Assembly (NCBI GenBank): GCA_963755125.1
Contig: CAVWIP010000010.1
Span: forward strand, 407,911-471,910
DNA: 64,000 bases
Reading direction: 5' to 3'
Source of the DNA: an uncultured delta proteobacterium
GTDB lineage: Bacteria; Myxococcota_A; Polyangia; Fen-1088
A program made the position numbers and the translations under genes. Below the pieces are notes generated by a model, which saw nothing but the letters and a program-made list of their open reading frames with translations, did no database searches and had not been told where the DNA came from. Shown piece by piece: positions 1 to 7,349 of the stretch; position 1 is the stretch's first letter, and every line of letters starts with the position of its first letter.

Positions 1-602
1 GGACGTGCGACTATCCCTCCAGGTGGTGGCGGTGCCAAGCGAGCGCCAGTGGCTGGCCGCGCCGCAAATGGATTTGAGGATGGGCGTGGTGTGAAGGGGT
101 CGGATGCCGGGGACGAAGCAAATGGGGACGCACTAGATTGGGAGCCGGTGGCCCGGCCAGGTTGCAAGGGAGAAAAGGGACCACCATCCGCGGCGGGAGC
201 AGGCGGCGCGACAAGAGGCGGCCCAAAGCCCGGCGCAGCGGCCGAGGGCACCGGCGGAGTCGAACCCGCTGCAGGAGATTGGGGCGCGGGCCCGACTGGC
301 GGCATGGGCGCGGCCGGACCTCGCCCAGCGGGCGATGCTGGAGGCGATGGCGCCCGCGGCGGCCCGGCAGCAGGCCGGATGACCGTGACGGCCCCCATGA
401 CCTGAAGCTGATGCACCAGAGCCTGCGCCTGAGCCTGCTCCAGGCTTTGACCCGCGCGCAGGTTCTTGGCCGATATCGCCTTGGTCACCGTGGTCAGCGG
501 GACACCATGCTTCGACGAAAGCGCAGAAGCCAGGCGTGTCTCTCCCGCCGGGCTGGGATCGGCCGAGCCCACCACGAACACGTCGAAGAGCTGACCGGCC
601 AT
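1..602 (-). CDS. Hypothetical protein, 5' part only (runs off the window edge); compact N-terminal domain followed by a Pro/Ala-rich linker
   Basis: Hand translation from the ATG at 602 gives MAGQLFDVFVVGSADPSPAGETRLASALSSKHGVPLTTVTKAISAKNLRAGQSLEQAQAQALVHQLQVMGAVTVIRPAAGPPRAP..., open to position 1. It is absent from the ORF track because it has no stop in the window. TATACT lies 6 nt upstream. Confidence 0.75.
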   Translation of the reverse strand, partial: MAGQLFDVFVVGSADPSPAGETRLASALSSKHGVPLTTVTKAISAKNLRAGQSLEQAQAQALVHQLQVMGAVTVIRPAAGPPRAPSPPASPAGRGPAAPMPPVGPAPQSPAAGSTPPVPSAAAPGFGPPLVAPPAPAADGGPFSPLQPGRATGSQSSASPFASSPASDPFTPRPSSNPFAARPATGARLAPPPPGGIVAR

Positions 603-666
603 GCCCCTAGTATATCGGCCCTTCCAGGGCTGCCAAGCTGCGTAGATGAATCCCAGCGAAAAAAAT

Positions 667-694
667 TTGACGGCGCGAGCGAGATCTCCAGGAT
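667..694 (+). promoter_or_regulatory. Sigma70-like promoter candidate
   Basis: A-tract, then TTGACG (667-672)-N16-CAGGAT (689-694), 6 nt before the ATG at 701. Confidence 0.4.
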
Positions 695-700
695 GGGAAT

Positions 701-916
701 ATGGCAGTGGTAGCCGTCCGCTCCTCGTCCTCAGAAACCGACTCCCTGGCTTCTCCGAGCGTGCTGACTACGTTGTTGCGGCGCGCCTCGTTGGCCCCGG
801 GCCTGGAGACACGTCGAGCTCGACCGGTCCGGCGCCTGCAAGACCTGCCTCCCGGCGACGCCATACCGGTGCGAAGTAGCATCGTCTTGCGCAGCGGAGC
901 AGCGTGCTTGCGCTAG
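701..916 (+). CDS. Possible small protein (71 aa) or sRNA
   Basis: Fills the gap between two minus-strand genes and has a promoter-like motif immediately upstream. No recognisable domain. Confidence 0.3.
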   Translation: MAVVAVRSSSSETDSLASPSVLTTLLRRASLAPGLETRRARPVRRLQDLPPGDAIPVRSSIVLRSGAACLR

Positions 917-926
917 ATCAGCTTCC

Positions 927-2468
927 TTACTGAAACGGGCCGAACGAGCGATCGCGCCGCTTGAGAAAACCATAGCTGGTGGGTCGCGCTCCCGGGATCA
1001 CGGCATTCACCCACTGGTAGCCCGTCGGAATCCAGGCATGTTCCTCCGCGCAAGGACTCGGCAGACAGTACTTGTGTGTGATGAGGGTGGGATTGCGCGA
1101 CAGCATGTACTGGTCACTGCCCCACTTCTGGTGGCCCGGGCGGTCCGAGGCATTCATGTGCGGGTCATGGGCAATGTGCGCATCGACCAGACCGAAGACG
1201 TCGTAGGCAGGGATACCCGAGTAGTACGGGATGACGCCCGCGCCCCCCACGGTCATCAGGTCGTCTGGACGCGCGTTCTTGCCGAACCACTGTCCGATGG
1301 GAATGCGATCCTCGGCGTACTTCTTCAGGTAGCCGGGGGTGTCGATCCCGTTGTCCGCACCGATGAAAGTGGCAGCTACCCGACTCACGCGCAAGCTGCC
1401 CGCCCCGAAAGCGGCCGCCAGCACCGCGCCGGCCAGCGCCAGGACCGGCCAGCCCACGACGGGCCGCAGGCGTTGGGCCAGGCGGCGCATCGACTCCTGC
1501 GCGACCACGGCACCGAGAGGCAGCACCGGCAAGATGAAGCGATAGAGGCCCATGAAATCGCCGCCCACTTTGACCACGTAGGCGGCGAACGCCAGCCATA
1601 GCAGACCGGTCAGGCGCCAGAGATCCCGCCGCGGCTGATCGGTTGCGGCTGGCCTGCCAAGCAGTGCCAGCAGGAAGAAGAAAGGCACGCCGTAGTCCTC
1701 GGCGAAACGACGCAGGTAGTATCCGCCCCGCATGAGGGTGCCGGAACCGCCGGAGGACTTCACGTAGAACGTGTTGGGGAAGAACCAGCCGTAGTAGCGC
1801 CAGCGCCAGATGAAATAGGGCACGAACATCGCTGCGAAGAGCACGAGCCACGCCCATTCGGCACGGCGCGGACGGAAGCGGCGCTCGCGACCAACCGCGA
1901 TGAGCAGGCGAAAAAAACCACCAAGAGCAAGGAAAAGCAGCCCTTCGGGCCGAGTCATGGCGGCCATGGCAAACGCCGCGGCGCTGGCACAACCGCGCTG
2001 CGAGGAGATCTCGGCCAGCAATAAGTCGAATCCGAGCAAAGACAGGAAGGTGAAGAGCTGCGTCTCCAGCCCACCCGTGCACCAGCAAGCAAAGGCGCCC
2101 ATCGAGGCGAGCAAGGCGGGCGCCACCAGGTGCCAGGCCGACGGGCGCTGACCCGACAGGCGCAGGGACATGCGCACCACCAGGGCCAGGGTGCCGACGC
2201 CAAACCCCACGCCAAAGAAACGCGAGGTCGCCACCGGGCCCAGGCCCAGCTTGATTCCCGCGGCCAGCAGCACAGTCCACAGGAAGTTGGTGAAACCTTC
2301 CACCCGCTCGCCCAGGTTGAACACCAGTTGGCCATGCTCGGCCAGATTGGCGGCATAGCGAAAGGAGATATAAGCGTCGTCGGTTACGAAGTCGAAGAGC
2401 CGCGCGTGCGGGAGCAGCACCGCCGTTGCGGCCAGCACGGGCCAGTAGCGTCGGAGGACGACGTGCAT
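927..2468 (-). CDS. Polytopic membrane GT-C fold glycosyltransferase-like protein
   Basis: DDAYISFRYA...GQLVFNLGERVEGFTNFLW, GLET, TRPEG and FFPNTFYVK motifs; many TM segments. Start placed at MHVVLRR. Confidence 0.75.
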   Translation of the reverse strand: MHVVLRRYWPVLAATAVLLPHARLFDFVTDDAYISFRYAANLAEHGQLVFNLGERVEGFTNFLWTVLLAAGIKLGLGPVATSRFFGVGFGVGTLALVVRMSLRLSGQRPSAWHLVAPALLASMGAFACWCTGGLETQLFTFLSLLGFDLLLAEISSQRGCASAAAFAMAAMTRPEGLLFLALGGFFRLLIAVGRERRFRPRRAEWAWLVLFAAMFVPYFIWRWRYYGWFFPNTFYVKSSGGSGTLMRGGYYLRRFAEDYGVPFFFLLALLGRPAATDQPRRDLWRLTGLLWLAFAAYVVKVGGDFMGLYRFILPVLPLGAVVAQESMRRLAQRLRPVVGWPVLALAGAVLAAAFGAGSLRVSRVAATFIGADNGIDTPGYLKKYAEDRIPIGQWFGKNARPDDLMTVGGAGVIPYYSGIPAYDVFGLVDAHIAHDPHMNASDRPGHQKWGSDQYMLSRNPTLITHKYCLPSPCAEEHAWIPTGYQWVNAVIPGARPTSYGFLKRRDRSFGPFQ

Positions 2469-2502
2469 TGGGCTGGCAGGTTCTTCGTCGAGTGACGTCG
2501 CG

Positions 2503-2856
2503 CTAGCCAAACGTGCCGCCGTTCCAACCCCACATGGCGCCGTCGGCGTTGGTGAACTCGATGTAGATGCGCCTTTCGGGAACACCAAGCCCAGTGGCCA
2601 GCTCCTGGCACAGAATCTTGGAAAGGTTCTCCACCTGATCGGGCGACAAGGTACCCACGTTTTTCAGCTCGGCGTAGCAGGCGGGCGCGCTGCTACCAGC
2701 AAAGCTCATTTCCGCGCGGGCGGCCAAGCCGATCATGACGTAGCTCTCGGGTTTTCCAAGGACGCGCGCCACCAGCGCAGACAGACTCTTCAGCAGTTGC
2801 GCGCGCTTGTGTTCGTCCGCGGAATGGGCCGATGTGAAGACATGGAGCAAGGGCAT
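2503..2856 (-). CDS. MIF/phenylpyruvate tautomerase family protein
   Basis: Catalytic N-terminal Pro (MPLLHV), LGKPESYVM, RIYIEF and WGWNGGTF. Confidence 0.9.
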   Translation of the reverse strand: MPLLHVFTSAHSADEHKRAQLLKSLSALVARVLGKPESYVMIGLAARAEMSFAGSSAPACYAELKNVGTLSPDQVENLSKILCQELATGLGVPERRIYIEFTNADGAMWGWNGGTFG

Positions 2857-2896
2857 GGACCCATCCTAGTCCAATCCGAGCTGCGCTCAAGCCACG

Positions 2897-3208
2897 CTAC
2901 CCGACCGCGGCCAAGGCGGCCTGCAACTGGTCGCGGGCGTGCGCTTGCCCCTTGCGCTCGCACTGCTCGATTCCCTGGCGCAAGAGATCTCTGGCCTCTT
3001 GATTCCTGAGCAAGCCAATCAAGGTGTCGGCTGCTGGCGCATAGGCCGCGATGTAGTCCGGGTGGCCGTCAAGCAGCGCCTCGAAGATCTGCCACGCCTC
3101 ATGCAACTGGCCCTGCGTCCGCAATTCCATGGCCAAGCCGTAGTGCGCGAAGGGATCAGCCGCCCCCTGCGCCACCAGCGAGCGCAACATCTCCAGGCGT
3201 GCAGGCAT
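2897..3208 (-). CDS. Small TPR protein
   Basis: DPFAHYGLAMEL...F..LL..HPDYIAAY helical repeat pattern. Confidence 0.8.
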   Translation of the reverse strand: MPARLEMLRSLVAQGAADPFAHYGLAMELRTQGQLHEAWQIFEALLDGHPDYIAAYAPAADTLIGLLRNQEARDLLRQGIEQCERKGQAHARDQLQAALAAVG

Positions 3209-3212
3209 CACG

Positions 3213-3614
3213 TCAGGACAGCGACGGCCGCGCGGGACCAGGAACTTCCTCGTCCAGGTCACAGCCGACGATGCGGTTGCGGCTGTCCACCCGGACCACT
3301 GTGGGCCTCCAGCTCCGGGCCTCAGTCTCGTCGACAGCCTCGGCGAAGGTGGCGATGATCACCGTATCGCCAGGATGGGCGTGGCGGGCAGCGGCCCCGT
3401 TGACGCAGACCACACCGGAAGCGGCCTTGCCGGGCAAGGCATAGGTTTCGATCCGGCTGCCATTGGTCACGTTCCAGATGCGAACCTGCTCATAGGGCAG
3501 GATGTTCGCCGCTTGCATCAAGGTCTCGTCGATCGTGACCGACCCTTCGTACGCCAAGTCCGCATGGGTGACAGTCACCCGGTGCAGCTTGGATTTGAAC
3601 ATCGTTCGCTTCAT
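3213..3614 (-). CDS. panD: Aspartate 1-decarboxylase
   Basis: [18 protein letters not shown] autocleavage site, NGSRIETY and NGAAA. Confidence 0.97.
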   Translation of the reverse strand: MKRTMFKSKLHRVTVTHADLAYEGSVTIDETLMQAANILPYEQVRIWNVTNGSRIETYALPGKAASGVVCVNGAAARHAHPGDTVIIATFAEAVDETEARSWRPTVVRVDSRNRIVGCDLDEEVPGPARPSLS

Positions 3615-3729
3615 CGAGCACTCCGTCCCGGCCGGTTTCCCGGTCCAGGCAGTTTTCTTAATCCTGGACCAAAGTGACGCGGAGTCAACACCTGCGCCAA
3701 GAATCTAGCCGCGACGAGCCAGTTGCAAC

Positions 3730-3873
3730 AGTCGCGTGAGGAGCCCGCCGGCTTTGCCCCCTTTGGGGACTTCGGGACGGCCCGCCACCCTGCCCACCCC
3801 GCACGCTTCGCGCGCGCCCTCGCCGGCGGCGCACCATCGCGGGAGGGTTTGGGAACCCTTTGAGGGTTCCCAT
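3730..3873. repeat. Modular palindromic (REP/RPE-like) repeat, copy 1, intergenic
   Basis: Shares blocks with 58635-58769 and 18253-18328. Hairpins CCGCCGGC...GCCGGCGG and GGGAACCCT-TTG-AGGGTTCCC. Confidence 0.8.
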
Positions 3874-3955
3874 CTTAGAAGTCTTGACCGTCAGCAAGCC
3901 TTGCCCCAATGTCGAAGGCATGAGACGTCAAGCTGAAAAGGTTGAGTGAAGGCCA

Positions 3956-4786
3956 GTGACGCACAAGCCGTATAAGCGTTTTATCGGGATCGACCTCGGA
4001 GGAGGGAAAGGCAAGAAGACCGCTCTGGCCGTGCTTGACCGAAGCAAAGGCGGGGTGACCGTCGCGGCCCTGCACCCCCGCGCGGACGAGGCGCCGCTCT
4101 ACGATACCGCGCTGATCGCAGCCGTGCGCGAGCGAGCCGAGAGCGCAACGGTCTGTGTGGACGCGCCTCTGACCCTGCCCCCTTGCGTACGCTGCGACGT
4201 GGCCTGTTGCCCCGGCCAGGAAAGCTGTACCGACGCCGAGGTGGTCACCCTGCGCCGCCTGCTCGGGCTTGGCCCTGGGTGCAGCGGCGTGGGCCGTCGA
4301 GGTAAGCCCGCGTTCACGCCCTACACCCAGCGGGCCACCGAAGCGTACCTTTTGCGACGACGTGGGATCTTGCCGCGCGAAGCTCTGGGCCAGGGAATGG
4401 GCCCGCTCACAGCGCGCGCCAGCCATCTGGTGCGCGCGCTCGCCGATCGATTCACCTTGAACGACAGCCTCATCGAGGTGTTCCCGCGGGCCACGCTCGA
4501 ACTGCTTGGCTTTCGCGACCGCTACAAGAAGCGCGTCGACAAACGCATAGAGATCCTGGCCAGACTGCGTGATTTGAGCTTTGCGCCCGGTGTCTGGCGC
4601 GAGGAGTGCCGTCAAAGCGATCATGTCTTCGACGCCGTCATCTGCGCGTACACGGGCTACCTGCGCAGCCGCGACGCCTGGCCGGTGTCGCCAGAGGTGG
4701 CGCCGCTCTTCCCGGCTGCGGGTTGGATCTGGGTTCCACCCACCGAGGCTGAAGCAGTGGCCGCGCCCCGCGCCGCAGCCGACTGA
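3956..4786 (+). CDS. DUF429-like predicted RNase H-fold nuclease
   Basis: FIGIDLGG, VDAPLTLP, IEVFP and FDAVICAYT motifs. Confidence 0.8.
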   Translation: MTHKPYKRFIGIDLGGGKGKKTALAVLDRSKGGVTVAALHPRADEAPLYDTALIAAVRERAESATVCVDAPLTLPPCVRCDVACCPGQESCTDAEVVTLRRLLGLGPGCSGVGRRGKPAFTPYTQRATEAYLLRRRGILPREALGQGMGPLTARASHLVRALADRFTLNDSLIEVFPRATLELLGFRDRYKKRVDKRIEILARLRDLSFAPGVWREECRQSDHVFDAVICAYTGYLRSRDAWPVSPEVAPLFPAAGWIWVPPTEAEAVAAPRAAAD

Positions 4787-4804
4787 GCTTGCGCGGAGAC
4801 GATG

Positions 4805-5506
4805 CTACTCAGCCGCGGCGTCTTTCTTGGGTGCGTCGCGGTCCTGGTCGGCAAGATCCTCTGGAGAGGAAGGCCCGGAGACGGGCGAGCCGAGCAACAG
4901 CGTGGCACCACGTTCGCGCAGGAACTGAAGAAACACAATTGCCGTGGGCAACTCGGCGGCTGGTATGTCGTCGAGCATCTCGCGCGCCTGACGCCGAAGG
5001 ATCTCGCCTGGCGCCTCTCCGGTGCGGGTCAGATGCGGCACTTCGGGCGTTTCCACATGCGCAGTCACCTGACCCCAGGGTGGAGGACTCGCAACCTCGA
5101 TGTGCATGTGTTCGAGCCAGGTTTGGATATGCAGGTGCAGAAGCTCCGAGCGATGGACGAACCAGCGCTCGCGCTCGGCCGGAAAGGCAAGCAGCACGTC
5201 CTTGAACCTACGAAACGCACCCTTGCCGTCTATGGCGACCAGCAGCCGTTCGCGCAAAGCCTGGTCTTGCACCAAACCAACGAACCGTTCCATCCAGCGG
5301 TACTGCTCGCGTGACGACGCTGGGTCCACCCGGACAAAGCGATCCGGGTTGTTGGCCACCTTGGCCCGCCGGGCCGCGGCGTCAGGCTCGCCTTCCACGA
5401 TCGAAAGCAAATCCCCGTTCTCGAGGTCAAGGAAGCTTTCCTGCTCCGGAGAATTGCGCTCGAACGCGATCTCCAGATCGCTCCAATTGATGGTGACTGG
5501 CGGCAT
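4805..5506 (-). CDS. UPF0158 family protein
   Basis: LEIAFE...[30 protein letters not shown] and ERERWF. Confidence 0.85.
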   Translation of the reverse strand: MPPVTINWSDLEIAFERNSPEQESFLDLENGDLLSIVEGEPDAAARRAKVANNPDRFVRVDPASSREQYRWMERFVGLVQDQALRERLLVAIDGKGAFRRFKDVLLAFPAERERWFVHRSELLHLHIQTWLEHMHIEVASPPPWGQVTAHVETPEVPHLTRTGEAPGEILRRQAREMLDDIPAAELPTAIVFLQFLRERGATLLLGSPVSGPSSPEDLADQDRDAPKKDAAAE

Positions 5507-5637
5507 GGCTAAGAACTCCTCTGGCGCCCCCCTCCCATTGGAGTGCGCAGAAAGATAGGAATGCACTGCTAGCCTAGGATTATGGCCCGCGGTTTGCAAC
5601 GTCTTTGGCTGTGCCAGGCCCACCGCCGGCCAGACCC

Positions 5638-5666
5638 TTGACACAAAGGCGTCGCTCCATAAGAAT
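5638..5666 (+). promoter_or_regulatory. Sigma70 promoter candidate for rpoZ
   Basis: Perfect TTGACA (5638-5643), TAAGAAT 16-17 nt downstream, and a GGAGG SD before the GTG. Confidence 0.5.
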
Positions 5667-5693
5667 AAGTCGCGTACTAATTTCGGAGGTTCC

Positions 5694-5960
5694 GTGGCAC
5701 GAGTCACCGTCGAAGACTGCCTGGATAAGGTTCCCAACCGCTTCGCCTTGGTCATCTTGGCCGCCGAGAGGGCGCGCCAGATCTCAGACGGCGCAAGAAC
5801 CCTGGTCACGTGCGACAACAAGCCGGGTGTCGCGGCGCTGCGCGAGATTGCGCAGGGGCAAGTCCGGTTCAACGAGTCCGTCGAGGGCACCATCAGGCAG
5901 TATCTGAGCGAGACACGCGTGCATGCCGGCCGTCCCGACCGCATGCCTGACAAGCAGTAG
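5694..5960 (+). CDS. rpoZ: RNA polymerase omega subunit
   Basis: [29 protein letters not shown]...[12 protein letters not shown]. Confidence 0.97.
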   Translation: MARVTVEDCLDKVPNRFALVILAAERARQISDGARTLVTCDNKPGVAALREIAQGQVRFNESVEGTIRQYLSETRVHAGRPDRMPDKQ

Positions 5961-6057
5961 CCTTCTCCCACGGCCAGGGCAGAAAATGTGGTCGAGGAAG
6001 ACCACTCCGCGCCATACCTTTGGATGATCCCGTGGCGGCGGACAGCCCCGGAAAGGG

Positions 6058-7257
6058 CTACCGGATCCGACGGAGGTTCGGCGCGAAGCGATCAGACATG
6101 GTGGCGCCTTTGCCGGCCGAGCCGAAATGTGTGGCCATGAACTTGTCCATGCGTGCGAGGCGTGCGGTCATGGGCATCTCGGGATGGGCGCTGGCCATGC
6201 GGCCGATCAGGCGCGCCATGCCGCGCGGGTCGTAGCCGGCGTGGTAGAGCACGACTGTGCCCATGAGGTCCGCTTCAATCTCGTATTTCTCCAGGCGTGG
6301 CTTGTGCACCACGGCGTACGCTTCTTCGGCAAACTCGTCGAGATCGTCCTCGACAGCGTCGCGACTGGTTTCCGCATCGAGTTCGTCCATGGCGTTGTCG
6401 GCGCGCAAGCGCACGGCTTGGACCTTCATCTCGCGCAGGCCATGGCGGCGCACGACGTGGATCATCTCGTGGGCGATCAACCCCGCCAGTTCGGCCTCGT
6501 CCCGGCACAGCGAGAGCAACCCACGCGACAGGAAGATGTACCCACCCGGGACAGCGAAGCTGCCCACGCCGTCGCTGTCGAGAATGTAGACCGAGAAATA
6601 GGTGTCGTAGAAGGTCGTCTCGGTGAGTAGATAGGTGGCGACCAGATTGATATACCTCTGCAGGCCGGGGTCGCGCACCAGGCCCGTGGCTGCCACGCGC
6701 GCGGCCACTGCCAATCCCACGGCGCTTTCGCGCGGCCCGATGTCATAGCCCTGCTTACTGATGGTCTTGTCCTCGGCTGCCGCAAGCGCGACCGCGTTTG
6801 AACGAAAAGGCAGAAGAGGCGCGCGAAAGGCCCAAAACTCCGCCGCGCCAAAGAACGGCCCTTGATAGCTATAGAAGCTGTCCAAGGCACCGCGCTGCAC
6901 GTTCTTGATCTGTCCGGCGAAGCCCTTGACCGCTGCGCCCACGGTGCCGCGCGAGGCGCGCGCATCCGACCATTCCTTGCTCATGGCTTCCAGGGTTCCG
7001 GCCTGCTGCTTCTCGTCCAGGCTGGCCTCGGCCAGCCACCCGGTCTTGGCCCCAGCCTGCACGCGCAGCCAACGGTCCTTCTCTTCCAGCGTCTTGACCT
7101 TGGTGTTGACCGGAAGGTTGGCCACCACGGGAAAGAAAGTGCCTGGCCCCTCGCGGAGCTGATTGTTGGATCGTTTTGTGTAGAGATCAGCCGCCCACGC
7201 CACCACCGGAATTGCCGCGGCCAGCAGCATGGCAAGCACTCTGTGGGATCGCCTCAT
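6058..7257 (-). CDS. Secreted M48 metallopeptidase with N-terminal bacterial SH3 domain
   Basis: Signal peptide, LREGPG...WLRV...GWL SH3b pattern, [19 protein letters not shown] and GYDP. Confidence 0.88.
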   Translation of the reverse strand: MRRSHRVLAMLLAAAIPVVAWAADLYTKRSNNQLREGPGTFFPVVANLPVNTKVKTLEEKDRWLRVQAGAKTGWLAEASLDEKQQAGTLEAMSKEWSDARASRGTVGAAVKGFAGQIKNVQRGALDSFYSYQGPFFGAAEFWAFRAPLLPFRSNAVALAAAEDKTISKQGYDIGPRESAVGLAVAARVAATGLVRDPGLQRYINLVATYLLTETTFYDTYFSVYILDSDGVGSFAVPGGYIFLSRGLLSLCRDEAELAGLIAHEMIHVVRRHGLREMKVQAVRLRADNAMDELDAETSRDAVEDDLDEFAEEAYAVVHKPRLEKYEIEADLMGTVVLYHAGYDPRGMARLIGRMASAHPEMPMTARLARMDKFMATHFGSAGKGATMSDRFAPNLRRIR

Positions 7258-7349
7258 GGTGGCGCCAGCGTATCACCGAGGCGGGCGGTTGGGCGCCTTG
7301 ACTTGCCCTGCGGCCCTGGACGGGGAAGAATCCCGGCTCGGGAGGATCC

